Assembly: GCA_038046805.1 (NCBI GenBank)
Contig: JBBSVO010000004.1
Coordinates: 1 to 64,000 of the forward strand
Origin: Candidatus Micrarchaeota archaeon
GTDB taxonomy: Archaea > Micrarchaeota > Micrarchaeia > Anstonellales > Bilamarchaeaceae
Length of the DNA stretch: 64,000 nucleotides
Direction: 5' to 3'
Below, one piece after another: positions 19,703-29,206 of this stretch. Below the pieces are notes generated by a model. The model made no database searches. It worked only from the letters and a program-made list of their open reading frames with translations, and was not told the DNA's origin. Every line of letters begins with the position of its first letter. The stretch's first letter is position 1. The translations under genes and the position numbers were made by a program.

Positions 19703-20458
19703 TTACATCCTTATTTCCGTGCAAATCGTTTTCTTTCCCATTAAGATGGCTTCAAGTCGGTCTGGTTTATTTCCATTGATTATAAATGCATGCGTCTTTG
19801 CTTTGACCATTTCGTTTATTTTTCCTTCCATGCCGCCGCTTACGTCCGGCGCGCCTGCTCCTTTAAGATGTTTTGCAATATCTTTCAGGTTTTTGCGGTC
19901 TATAAGCTGTACAACTTTACTTTGAACCAGAACACCGTCAACATTGCTGCAATGGATTACCCTGCTTGCCCCTTTGCCGAGAATAGAGACAATCTGGTCT
20001 CCTGAGCATACGGAACCGCCCAGGGTATCATCCAAAACCATATCTCCATATAAGACCGGGACAAATCCCTTTTTTAGGTATTGTAGTATCGTTTCCTTGT
20101 CGAATTTCACAATCCTGTGATTCCTCTGCCTGATTATTGCAGTTGGTGGAAGGGAAATTGCCGGAACATCATTTTTGATAAGCGCGTCAACAACAAGCTG
20201 GGAAAGATATGCACATGCAGCATGAGTATCTGCAAAGGCAAGTTTTTGTCTTGGAGTTTTTATTCCGTCGTTTATTCCATATGCCAGTACAGGTGCATGG
20301 CCAAAAGAGCCTGCTCCATGAACAAGTACGATATCAGTTACGCCTTTTTTCCATACTGCGGCGATTGCCTGAGCTAATCTGTTAATATTAAGCTCGTCTG
20401 CTTCCATATATCCATGTTTTTTAGTGATGGTACTACCACCTAATTTTACAATTTGCAT
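19703..20458 (-). CDS. ipk: Isopentenyl phosphate kinase
   Basis: IVKLGGSTIT, VHGAGSFGH, SGDQI, DVSGGM. Confidence 0.92.
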   Translation of the reverse strand: MQIVKLGGSTITKKHGYMEADELNINRLAQAIAAVWKKGVTDIVLVHGAGSFGHAPVLAYGINDGIKTPRQKLAFADTHAACAYLSQLVVDALIKNDVPAISLPPTAIIRQRNHRIVKFDKETILQYLKKGFVPVLYGDMVLDDTLGGSVCSGDQIVSILGKGASRVIHCSNVDGVLVQSKVVQLIDRKNLKDIAKHLKGAGAPDVSGGMEGKINEMVKAKTHAFIINGNKPDRLEAILMGKKTICTEIRM

Positions 20459-20507
20459 AATTAGTATACTCCTTCATGGTTTAAAAGCTTGAATGCGGGT
20501 TAAATTT

Positions 20508-21050
20508 ATGCGATTTTTAGTTGCGATTACAGGAGCTTCTGGCATAATTTACGGGGGCCGACTTATTGAAATTCTACGCAAAGGAAGACACGATGTTGCG
20601 ATTGTAATAAGCGAAGGTGCAGAAAAAGTTGCGGGTGCGGAAAAACAAAAACTTCCGAAATCTGATTATGATGAAAACGATTTGTCCGCCCCGTTTGCGT
20701 CTGGTTCTTACGTATGCAAAAATCTTGATGCGATGGTTATATGCCCGTGCTCGCTCAAGACGCTTGGGGAGATTGCGAACGGAGTCGGTTCAAACCTGAT
20801 TGCGAGGGCCGCGGAGGTTTGCCTGAAGGAAAGGCGAAAGCTCGTTTTGGTAATCCGTGAGACCCCGTTATCGTATATCGCGATAAAAAACATGGAAACC
20901 GTAACATTAGCTGGTGCGGTTGTATTGCCGGCATGCCCAGGGTTTTACGGAAAGCCGAAAACAATTGGCGATTTGGTGGATTTTGTTATTGGAAAGGTGC
21001 TGGATCAGATTGGGGTTGAGAATAAATTGTTTAAAAGATGGGGCAAGTAA
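20508..21050 (+). CDS. ubiX: Flavin prenyltransferase UbiX
   Basis: ITGASG, ASGS, PCSLKTL, RETP, PGFY. Confidence 0.95.
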   Translation: MRFLVAITGASGIIYGGRLIEILRKGRHDVAIVISEGAEKVAGAEKQKLPKSDYDENDLSAPFASGSYVCKNLDAMVICPCSLKTLGEIANGVGSNLIARAAEVCLKERRKLVLVIRETPLSYIAIKNMETVTLAGAVVLPACPGFYGKPKTIGDLVDFVIGKVLDQIGVENKLFKRWGK

Positions 21051-21052
21051 TA

Positions 21053-22264
21053 TTAAGCCGAACTCGGATTGCTTACCCTTCCCAGGAATAGTATTGCACC
21101 GCTTTGCGTATCACGGATTGCAAACATGAACGGATGGTTTGCATCGAATGTAAATGGTTTTGGTCGAGCCCCTAATGTTGGCATTACAATGGCAGTTGCT
21201 GCAGCAGCTTCTGTTCCCTGCTCGTTTACTTCTACAAATGCACGATGGAGTACGTTGCCTACGCGAAGATGCTCGGCCCCGCTATCCATACCTGCAAAGT
21301 CTTTGCTAAAGACAAATGGGGCAGACAAACCAATGCTTTTTAACGCAGCGATTAATTCGTAGCTTGCCTCAACATTAAATCGTGGCAATGAAACACTCCC
21401 ATTCTTTAGGAACATCGGATTCAAACGGCTACACCATTCAAAAAGATTTTGTGTACTTACTGCGCCTTCTAATTCAGCCAATCCACCAGTTCTAGGCAAA
21501 AGAAGAAGCATTGATAACTCGTTTCCATTATACGGCAGTTCAAGAATCTGAAGGCCGGGTAGTGCAGATTCACGGGGCTCGATATAACTAAATGCACCTT
21601 TCAGATGCATCATACGAATTTTTATTGTTCTGCCTTGTTCTAAATTAAAAGTTTCAACTGTAGTATCTTTTACTGGAAATGTATAAACCCATGTTCCTCT
21701 GAAATAAACCGCATTTGTCAGTATAAAACGCGTTAGATCATCTATCATGTCTGGAGAAACTATTTCTGGTATTTTATCATTCGTATGCTGTCTTACCCAT
21801 GCATTTATTCTGGCAACGTCAAGAGCGCCAACTTCTCCACGATATACTTCGGAGATAATCCTGTTGAATTCTTGCAATGCTGGGAACTTAGCCCATAATG
21901 CATTTGCCATCATAAGCTCGTATGGCTTGCTTGCTGCACCGCTCATGCTATTACATAATACTGCAAATGCCTGTCTTCGTTCTGCATCAACAGCTGGCAG
22001 GCCTAAAACCTGGTCTATTTCGCTGGCAGTTTTTCCTCTCGCGCCTTCCCTTACCATTGCCCATGCAGTAACCAGGCTAAGCGGTGAAAAAAATACGTTA
22101 CCACTAGTGCCTTTCAATTGAGAGTATAGTCTAAACGCAAAATCATTGCTTGCGCCAACAACTCTCATTGCTGATTCTGAAAGCGGCTCTTTTGCTGGAT
22201 ACGTGCCCTGTCCTGCAAAATGTCTACCCATTGTAACAAAAACCGGACCATTGCCATTAGACAT
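21053..22264 (-). CDS. Serpin (serine protease inhibitor)
   Basis: NVFFSPLS, LTNAVYFRGTW, EVNEQGTEAAAAT hinge, FDANHPFMF, LFLGRV. Confidence 0.95.
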   Translation of the reverse strand: MSNGNGPVFVTMGRHFAGQGTYPAKEPLSESAMRVVGASNDFAFRLYSQLKGTSGNVFFSPLSLVTAWAMVREGARGKTASEIDQVLGLPAVDAERRQAFAVLCNSMSGAASKPYELMMANALWAKFPALQEFNRIISEVYRGEVGALDVARINAWVRQHTNDKIPEIVSPDMIDDLTRFILTNAVYFRGTWVYTFPVKDTTVETFNLEQGRTIKIRMMHLKGAFSYIEPRESALPGLQILELPYNGNELSMLLLLPRTGGLAELEGAVSTQNLFEWCSRLNPMFLKNGSVSLPRFNVEASYELIAALKSIGLSAPFVFSKDFAGMDSGAEHLRVGNVLHRAFVEVNEQGTEAAAATAIVMPTLGARPKPFTFDANHPFMFAIRDTQSGAILFLGRVSNPSSA

Positions 22265-22371
22265 GATTATCACCTTATAGGATATAATGAAATACATATT
22301 GAACCACTACATATATAATGTATAGATGTTGTTAACAAAATAGGTAAATGTGAGTCGTTAGGGTGAAATTC

Positions 22372-23700
22372 ATGACATCATTCCGGGATTTTATTGAACA
22401 ATTGCGCAGGGAGGATGGACTAGTTGAACTAAAGAAACCAGTTTCAAAGCATCTTGAACTTGCCGGAGTTCTTGCTGCTCTTGATGGCAAGGCGGTTTAT
22501 TCGGAACAGATAAAAGAAAACGAAAATCCACACGCACGTATTGCGGGAAATGTTTTCTCCACTCGCGAGCTTGTTGCGGAATGTCTTGGTTGCGGAAAAA
22601 ATGAACTGGTTGCGAAAATGGCAAATGCTATAAAAAATAAGTCTGAACCGAAACTTGTTGATGCAAAAGATGCTCCAGTTCTAGAAGTAACCGAACCCTC
22701 TGTTGATCTTTTCAAATTTCCAATTCCTTTCCACGCGGAAAAAGACGGCGGACCTTATTTCAGTTCCGCAGTTGTTATCGCTCACGATAAAGAACTTGGA
22801 AGAAACTGCTCATTTCACAGAATGATGGTGATTGGAAAGGACAAGGTTGTGATGAGGGTATTGCCAAGGCATCTCGCGGAATTTATCAAACGTGCTGGCG
22901 ATGCTGGCAAAGAAGGACTTGATGTTGCCTTTGTTGTCGGCGCACCGATTAACGTTCTCCTCGCTGCCGCAACTTCAGTTGAAATCGGAACCGATGAACT
23001 CGGAATCGCAAATACATTAATGCCAGTCCGAACCGTGCGGCTATCTAATGGAATAGAAGTCCCTGCAGACGCAGAGTTTGCTTTTGAAGGCAGAATCAAC
23101 GCGAACGAATTGGTTGATGAAGGTCCGTTCGTGGATCTTACGGAAACTTACGACATAGTTCGCAAGCAGCCGACAATGCAAATAACTGCGGTTCATCATA
23201 GGCGCGATCCGATTTGGCATGTTCTTTTGCCTGGCGGTTTAGAGCATAAAATCCTAATGGGAATGCCACGCGAGCCAACGATTTTTAATGAAGTGAACCG
23301 CGTTGCGGAATGTTGCGGGGTAAATATAACCCCTGGCGGATGCTCCTGGCTTCATGCCGTGGTGGCAATCCGAAAGAAAAGCGAAGATGATGGAAAAAAG
23401 GCAATAGAAGCCGCGTTTAAGGGGCACAAATCCCTTAAGCATGTGGTCATAGTGGACGATGATATAGATATCTATGATTCGAATTCCGTTGAATGGGCGA
23501 TAGCTACGCGTGTTCAGGCAGATAAAAGTGTTGTAATAAAGACGGGCGAGCGCGGCTCCTCTTTGGATCCGAGCGCAGACCCACATACCTATGCGACGAC
23601 TAAAATGGGGATTGATGCGACAAAGCCGCTTGTGGCGCATGGAAAGAATTACGAAAAGGCAAAGTGGGAAAAGGTTGATATTGGAGATTACGTAAAATAG
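22372..23700 (+). CDS. UbiD-family decarboxylase (probable anhydromevalonate phosphate decarboxylase)
   Basis: DGGPYF, EGPFVDLTETYD, VDDDIDI...VEWAIATR, KMGIDAT; clustered with mvk/ipk/AcnX. Confidence 0.88.
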   Translation: MTSFRDFIEQLRREDGLVELKKPVSKHLELAGVLAALDGKAVYSEQIKENENPHARIAGNVFSTRELVAECLGCGKNELVAKMANAIKNKSEPKLVDAKDAPVLEVTEPSVDLFKFPIPFHAEKDGGPYFSSAVVIAHDKELGRNCSFHRMMVIGKDKVVMRVLPRHLAEFIKRAGDAGKEGLDVAFVVGAPINVLLAAATSVEIGTDELGIANTLMPVRTVRLSNGIEVPADAEFAFEGRINANELVDEGPFVDLTETYDIVRKQPTMQITAVHHRRDPIWHVLLPGGLEHKILMGMPREPTIFNEVNRVAECCGVNITPGGCSWLHAVVAIRKKSEDDGKKAIEAAFKGHKSLKHVVIVDDDIDIYDSNSVEWAIATRVQADKSVVIKTGERGSSLDPSADPHTYATTKMGIDATKPLVAHGKNYEKAKWEKVDIGDYVK

Positions 23701-23735
23701 ATTCATTCTTATTACCGTTTAGACACTATACATAC

Positions 23736-24398
23736 ATGCACGAACAAACTAGTTTCAAACTTTTACATGTTCCTGAAAGTATTAACCCAGAATACGAACA
23801 GCTGATCGCGGTCCAGGCGAGACACGGTATTGGTCCTAGTACTATAGGCAATCTCTGGAACCTGGAAAGAAAGGATTGTGTTCTTTCTCCAATCAAGCAG
23901 CGACTCTCAAGGAAAATTCTTGTGGATTTGGGTTGCGGTGCAGGAGAAAGTTGGTATTCGATGGCTGATTTTGCCAAGAGAATGGGCGCAGCTATGTATA
24001 TTGGAATAGATAAACAGCTAGGTAAACGTGAAAATAAAGCAACTTCTGGAAATTTTAAGATTAATCTTGCATCAGAAGAAGAACGTCACATTCGTCTTCC
24101 CATGGAAGTATTTTTGTATAATGGGGATATGCTTGATTTTGTCTCCAGGTTATCGACTGGCAGTGTGAATTTTACGATGAATAATCTAACTAGTTTAGTG
24201 CGAGCTGATTCCGCAAATTATTCTACGGCACTTGCCTGGGAAATTGGACGTGCAACATCCTCTGGAGGAGTTGTATTTGGACACAGTTCAACTGTTTTTC
24301 GACATCTAAACAAGGGAATGTTCAGACAAATCTCAAATTATGCGCAAACAGATGATGGCGGGATCTTCGAGAGATCTGTGCACCAACTATATTCGTAA
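23736..24398 (+). CDS. SAM-dependent methyltransferase-like protein
   Basis: LVDLGCGAG motif I followed by YIGID. Confidence 0.6.
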   Translation: MHEQTSFKLLHVPESINPEYEQLIAVQARHGIGPSTIGNLWNLERKDCVLSPIKQRLSRKILVDLGCGAGESWYSMADFAKRMGAAMYIGIDKQLGKRENKATSGNFKINLASEEERHIRLPMEVFLYNGDMLDFVSRLSTGSVNFTMNNLTSLVRADSANYSTALAWEIGRATSSGGVVFGHSSTVFRHLNKGMFRQISNYAQTDDGGIFERSVHQLYS

Positions 24399-24450
24399 TT
24401 ATTTTTGTGGTTAACTATTTATACCTTTGATGCGATATCTATTCGATTAT

Positions 24451-24861
24451 ATGCCCCTCGTATCAAGAAAACCGTTTTTATATGCCTGTGTTATAGCGAC
24501 TGGGCTTTCTATAGGAGTTGCAGCAATAACTAGATTACAAAATAAGGTTCTTACTGATAGAGTTCAGACGTTGACAAAGCAATTAAAACAGGAAAGGGAT
24601 ATGATTCAATTACATCCTGTTGGTCCTAATAACGATGATGCAACTCCTAATTCTTTTTGTTCTGTAAATCTTCCGATCTGTTGGGAGGCAATACAAAATG
24701 CTCAAAAACAAGCGGAAACTTGTGAAGAAAAACTCACGGGAACAACAAATGAACTAGCTTCCAAAGAAAAAGAGTTGAAACAATGCAGAAGAGATTCATG
24801 GATATCATTAACTTTATTTAGGAGATTGAAGGCGGCATTTGAACAAAAGAAACAAGAATGA
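24451..24861 (+). CDS. Hypothetical membrane-anchored coiled-coil protein
   Basis: N-terminal TM and heptad-like Q/E/K segments. Confidence 0.55.
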   Translation: MPLVSRKPFLYACVIATGLSIGVAAITRLQNKVLTDRVQTLTKQLKQERDMIQLHPVGPNNDDATPNSFCSVNLPICWEAIQNAQKQAETCEEKLTGTTNELASKEKELKQCRRDSWISLTLFRRLKAAFEQKKQE

Positions 24862-24883
24862 TCTTCAAAATCCATATCCTGCC

Positions 24884-25129
24884 CTAATTCTTTTCTTCTT
24901 CAGTCAAGGAAGCACAATTTTCTATTGTTGCTTTTTCAAAGTCAGTTGGTGGGCGAGTATGTTCTGATAATTCTTTAATTACTTTTTCTCCCAGCAAAAA
25001 GTCCAGGCACTCTTTCATTTTAGGAGACTGATTTTTGAGTATGTCCTTTTCCTGGGAAACGCATCCACTGACAAGAATAAGGAGTACAATTCCCATAGCA
25101 TATACGGAGTATCTGAGATTGTAGTTCAT
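24884..25129 (-). CDS. Small lipoprotein-like hypothetical protein
   Basis: Hydrophobic segment ending LVSGC; start trimmed to MNYNL. Confidence 0.55.
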   Translation of the reverse strand: MNYNLRYSVYAMGIVLLILVSGCVSQEKDILKNQSPKMKECLDFLLGEKVIKELSEHTRPPTDFEKATIENCASLTEEEKN

Positions 25130-25188
25130 ATTAATAGATCTCAGAAAACTATTTAAAAGCTTGAATGTAACTAGTTGATACGAATTTA

Positions 25189-26388
25189 ATGGTCTTTTTG
25201 ACTTCTCAAGAACAAAAAATGCTTTCCGGCGAGCTTGGCGTTGCAGTACAGCAGTCCATGGAAATTCTTGTCGCACTTGGAAAGATTTATGGCGCGGATA
25301 AGATGATTCCCGTCACGTCAGTTCAGGTTGCTGGGGTTTCCTATAAAACTATTGGAGATGCAGGCTTGGAATACCTAAATGACCTTGTTGCGAATGGGGC
25401 AAAGGTCCGCGTCCCGACATTCCTTAATCCTGCCGGCATGGATACGGCGCAATGGAAAGAACTTGGAGTTCCGGAACAATTCGCTAAAAAGCAAATCCAG
25501 ATTCTTGGGGCATATGAAAAAATGGGAATCCGGAATACCTGCACCTGTACTCCTTATCTTATTGGAATAAAACCAAAATTCGGAGAGCATATTGCATGGA
25601 GCGAGAGTTCTGCAGTTGCCTATTCTAATTCGGTGCTGGGCGCGCGGACAAATCGTGAAGGCGGGCCGTCCGCACTTGCAGCGGCAATTTGCGGAGTTAC
25701 TCCGAATTACGGATTTCATTTGGATAAGAACCGTGTCTCTGATTTTGTAGTCGAAGTTTTATGCGAACTAAAGGATGAGAGTGATTTTGGTGCGATGGGA
25801 TATTATGTTGGCGCGATAGTAAAGAACCGAAATCCCGCGTTCGTCGGTGTGCCGGCTGCTCGATGCGATACAGACAAGCTAAAAGCCCTCGGAGCTGCTA
25901 TGGCCGCGAGCGGTTCTGTCGGTTTGTTTTTTGTGAAGGAAGTCACTCCAGAGTTTCACGTTCGCGATGGTGCGGAAAAAATCTCATTTACTGAAAAAGA
26001 ATTGCGCGAGACAAAGGAGAAAATAAATTCGGAGAGCGAAAAAGAAAACTTAAGGCCGCAATTAATCTCAATTGGTTGTCCGCACGCATCAATTGACGAG
26101 ATAAAGCGCGTAGCGGAAATCATCAAACGGAAAAAAATAACGAAATTAAAGTGCGATTTGTGGATTTGCACTGCACGGGAGACGAAAAAGAAGGCGGAAG
26201 TGCTTGGGCTGGTGCGTGAAATAGAATCTGTGGGTGGAAAAATAGTTGCAGATACCTGCATGGTCGTATGCCCGATAGAGCAGATGGGTTTTAAGGTAAC
26301 TGCGTGTAATTCAGGAAAGGCTGCGAAATATTTGCCTAGCTTATGCAAGCAGAAAGTTGTTTTCGGAAATTTAGAGGAATTGATATGA
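25189..26388 (+). CDS. Aconitase X large subunit (probable phosphomevalonate dehydratase large subunit)
   Basis: GVSYKTIG, TCTCTPY, WSESSA, GARTNREGG, GCPH, DTCMVV. Confidence 0.92.
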   Translation: MVFLTSQEQKMLSGELGVAVQQSMEILVALGKIYGADKMIPVTSVQVAGVSYKTIGDAGLEYLNDLVANGAKVRVPTFLNPAGMDTAQWKELGVPEQFAKKQIQILGAYEKMGIRNTCTCTPYLIGIKPKFGEHIAWSESSAVAYSNSVLGARTNREGGPSALAAAICGVTPNYGFHLDKNRVSDFVVEVLCELKDESDFGAMGYYVGAIVKNRNPAFVGVPAARCDTDKLKALGAAMAASGSVGLFFVKEVTPEFHVRDGAEKISFTEKELRETKEKINSESEKENLRPQLISIGCPHASIDEIKRVAEIIKRKKITKLKCDLWICTARETKKKAEVLGLVREIESVGGKIVADTCMVVCPIEQMGFKVTACNSGKAAKYLPSLCKQKVVFGNLEELI

Positions 26389-26948
26389 AAACAAAAGACC
26401 CCGCTAGTAAAGACGTTAACATTCTATTTTACATAGGTATATCTACAATGTTACTTGATCTGGTTGGTTTATTCTTAATAGAGCCCGCTTCGACATTGCA
26501 AAAATCTTTATTCTTTATTAGCGCTTTCATTTTGACAGTTTTGGCCCATCTGAACAATCAAAAGATGTTTTATGTCCTTCAAATCGTTATTACTCTTGGG
26601 ACTATCCTGGCTTTTTTCGACCTTAGCAATATTCTAAACTACATTATATTATTAGGCACTGTAACTATAGGGATCTGGTATCTTAGATCTATTCAGTATT
26701 ACAAACGGGATGCATGGGGCGTTGTGTGCACACTTGGGTTATTGCTCATCGCATCTGGTTTTGCAACTAATGCTGTCGCGTATCCCCTTTATTTTGGTCT
26801 TTTCCTTGGTGTTGGTGCCTTGCTTGCTGCGCTATACTCCTTTGTTGATTTTTTCTATCGTAAAAACAGCGTGGCATTAATCTGGTTTATTTTAAATATT
26901 GCTTTTGCAATAAAGCCGTTGTTAATGGTTATTTCGTTTATGAAGTGA
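26385..26948 (+). CDS. Hypothetical polytopic membrane protein
   Basis: About seven hydrophobic segments; ATGA overlap with upstream gene. Confidence 0.65.
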   Translation: MKTKDPASKDVNILFYIGISTMLLDLVGLFLIEPASTLQKSLFFISAFILTVLAHLNNQKMFYVLQIVITLGTILAFFDLSNILNYIILLGTVTIGIWYLRSIQYYKRDAWGVVCTLGLLLIASGFATNAVAYPLYFGLFLGVGALLAALYSFVDFFYRKNSVALIWFILNIAFAIKPLLMVISFMK

Positions 26949-26953
26949 ATTTT

Positions 26954-27349
26954 ATGAACATTAAAGGCAGAGTAATCTCTCGCGGGATCGGAGAAGGCAA
27001 AGTATTGCTTAGCAAAGATGCCATCTCATTTCTCGGCGGAATTGACCCGAAAACCGGAATCGTAATTGAAAAAGGCCATGCAATAGAAGGAAAATGCATT
27101 GTCGGGACAGTTCTTGTTTTTCCGCACGGGAAGGGTTCAACCGTGGGTTCGTACGTCCTGCTCCAACTCAAAAAGAACGGAGTTGCGCCAGTGGCCATAA
27201 TAAATATTGAGGCAGAACCGATAATCTCAGTTGGTGCGATAATTAGCAAAATTCCGATGATTGATAAATTGGAAAAGAATCCGTTTGAGGTTTTGAAGGA
27301 TGGGCAGGAGATAAAGGTAGACGCTGACAATGGATCAGTGTTTATATAA
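26954..27349 (+). CDS. Aconitase X swivel/small subunit (DUF126)
   Basis: ISFLGGIDPKTG, FPHGKGSTVGSYV. Confidence 0.93.
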   Translation: MNIKGRVISRGIGEGKVLLSKDAISFLGGIDPKTGIVIEKGHAIEGKCIVGTVLVFPHGKGSTVGSYVLLQLKKNGVAPVAIINIEAEPIISVGAIISKIPMIDKLEKNPFEVLKDGQEIKVDADNGSVFI

Positions 27350-27372
27350 TTTTGTGTCCAAATCTCCGCAAT

Positions 27373-28275
27373 ATGAAACTAATTGAAACACCAACGTCCA
27401 GACGGGCAGTTGCACAAATAGCGCCAAGAATTATTGGAAGGAAATTAATGGTCAAAGATATAGATGCCCACCAAAAAGTGGAGCCTGACCCAGTATGGCG
27501 AGATATTCTTAGATTTAGCAATGGTGGATCGAGAGTTATACGAAGACAATTTCGGCCAGAGTGCATGAGCTGTTTAAGGGAAACTGGCTACAGAATCACT
27601 GCCCACCATGATGGCCGTGTTCTTGAAGATCGCCCTAACGAGTTCAAACCACCTGTAAGACTGGAACAATGCAAAGCAGAATTGGGAAACCGCGTTTCAA
27701 CAGTAGAAATGGAAACAGATGACGGAGCAAGGTTTTCATTTGCATTTGTGGAAGGATGTAGGGGTGGAATGGGAAGAATAGTTTACGAAGATAGAAGGAC
27801 CAAGATATTCCCTGTTGAACAGATTGAAGCCGAACAAGGACAAATTGCCCCGGTTGTTTTTGATGATCCAGATATAATCCCGGTGCGGATGGAGCTTGTT
27901 TTTTCCCATCAAGACGTCAGCACTGGTGAGGGCGGTCCAAGCACTGATATATTATGGCAACGTAGTCAAACACCTGAACTTCCAGTGACTGACATAAGGC
28001 TCATGCAAAAAATGATAGAGGGGGAGTATGGCGTGAGATTTTCCTCTATGGTGCTGAGCGTTGAATTCCCGGACACTGCGCATACGCACCTTTTGCCAGG
28101 CGTCCCTGGAAAAACAGCTATAGAATTTGCTTTGAGCAAGCTGGATTTTCCAGTACGAGAACCGTTTTTATGGATAGATGCAACAGACAGGGGTGAAACA
28201 ACAAGATACCTGATACAGAACGGGTTTCCATCGCTTTTGCTGGATAGTGCTGTGGTTCGTCCTCAAGCTCCATAA
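27373..28275 (+). CDS. Hypothetical protein
   Basis: ~300-aa ORF with no motif recognised. Confidence 0.55.
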   Translation: MKLIETPTSRRAVAQIAPRIIGRKLMVKDIDAHQKVEPDPVWRDILRFSNGGSRVIRRQFRPECMSCLRETGYRITAHHDGRVLEDRPNEFKPPVRLEQCKAELGNRVSTVEMETDDGARFSFAFVEGCRGGMGRIVYEDRRTKIFPVEQIEAEQGQIAPVVFDDPDIIPVRMELVFSHQDVSTGEGGPSTDILWQRSQTPELPVTDIRLMQKMIEGEYGVRFSSMVLSVEFPDTAHTHLLPGVPGKTAIEFALSKLDFPVREPFLWIDATDRGETTRYLIQNGFPSLLLDSAVVRPQAP

Positions 28276-28304
28276 TATTTAAACATGTTTTACGAATTTC
28301 TTTC

Positions 28305-28688
28305 ATGACAACCTATCAAAAAGGCTCTCGCGCTGAACGCGAACTCATCGAATATTTCTCAACAAACGGATTTTCAGTTATAAGGGCCGCCGGAAGCGGC
28401 GTGTCGTCCCTCTCTCCTGACCTTCTTCTTTTTCGCCGCGGATTGCAATACGCAATAGAAGCAAAGGCATGGGAGAAAACGAATCTAAATATCCCCAGAG
28501 ATCAATTTCTTGGGCTTAAGGCCTGGGAAGAGAATACGGGTATAACTGCCTTAATTGGCTGGCGGCGCAACAGAGAGCAATGGTATTTTATCCCACTCTC
28601 CTTATTCGAGGAAAACCCGAAATCGTTTGCAGTGAACTGGAAAACTGCGCAGGATATGGGGAAGAAGATAGAGGAGCTAATACTGTAA
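28305..28688 (+). CDS. hjc: Holliday junction resolvase Hjc
   Basis: KGSRAEREL, GFSVIRAAGSG, PDL...IEAK. Confidence 0.93.
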   Translation: MTTYQKGSRAERELIEYFSTNGFSVIRAAGSGVSSLSPDLLLFRRGLQYAIEAKAWEKTNLNIPRDQFLGLKAWEENTGITALIGWRRNREQWYFIPLSLFEENPKSFAVNWKTAQDMGKKIEELIL

Positions 28689-28768
28689 GTATATTGACAT
28701 AGCGCACATACTGTTGTAGAAAGGAAACAAAAACGAGGGTTTAAAAGGTTTTACCCTGTAATAGTTTT

Positions 28769-29206
28769 ATGGTTTTAGCTCCATTCAGTCCAACTGCTGT
28801 CAAAGAATGTGCTGGCAAGGTTATCCGCATCGCTCCTAGATTAGCTACGCATTTACCAGAACCTGCAGTTGAAAGGGTTTCTCTCAGCGAACGTGCTTTC
28901 GGAAGAACGGTTTTTCAACCGATTCAACGTTATGCAAAATATTTGAATGGGGAAACCGCACTTCCGGTCGAGATTGGCGATGTAAAAAAAGCATTGGGGC
29001 ATTTATCTACTGCTGAAACTCTTTCGGAAAGCAATATGTTAGAGCCTCTTATAAAATACCTTAGAGATATCATACGACATACTGCCGAACATAAGTTTGG
29101 GGCGTTATTGCCTCTTGCAAGAAAAGCCTTGCTTAATCTAAACGCGATACAGGTATTGCAAGATGAATCCGCCGCGGTCAATTCTTTCCAGTCATTATCT
29201 CTTTAA
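28769..29206 (+). CDS. Hypothetical protein
   Basis: ATG ORF with TTTAAAA ~25 nt upstream. Confidence 0.5.
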   Translation: MVLAPFSPTAVKECAGKVIRIAPRLATHLPEPAVERVSLSERAFGRTVFQPIQRYAKYLNGETALPVEIGDVKKALGHLSTAETLSESNMLEPLIKYLRDIIRHTAEHKFGALLPLARKALLNLNAIQVLQDESAAVNSFQSLSL

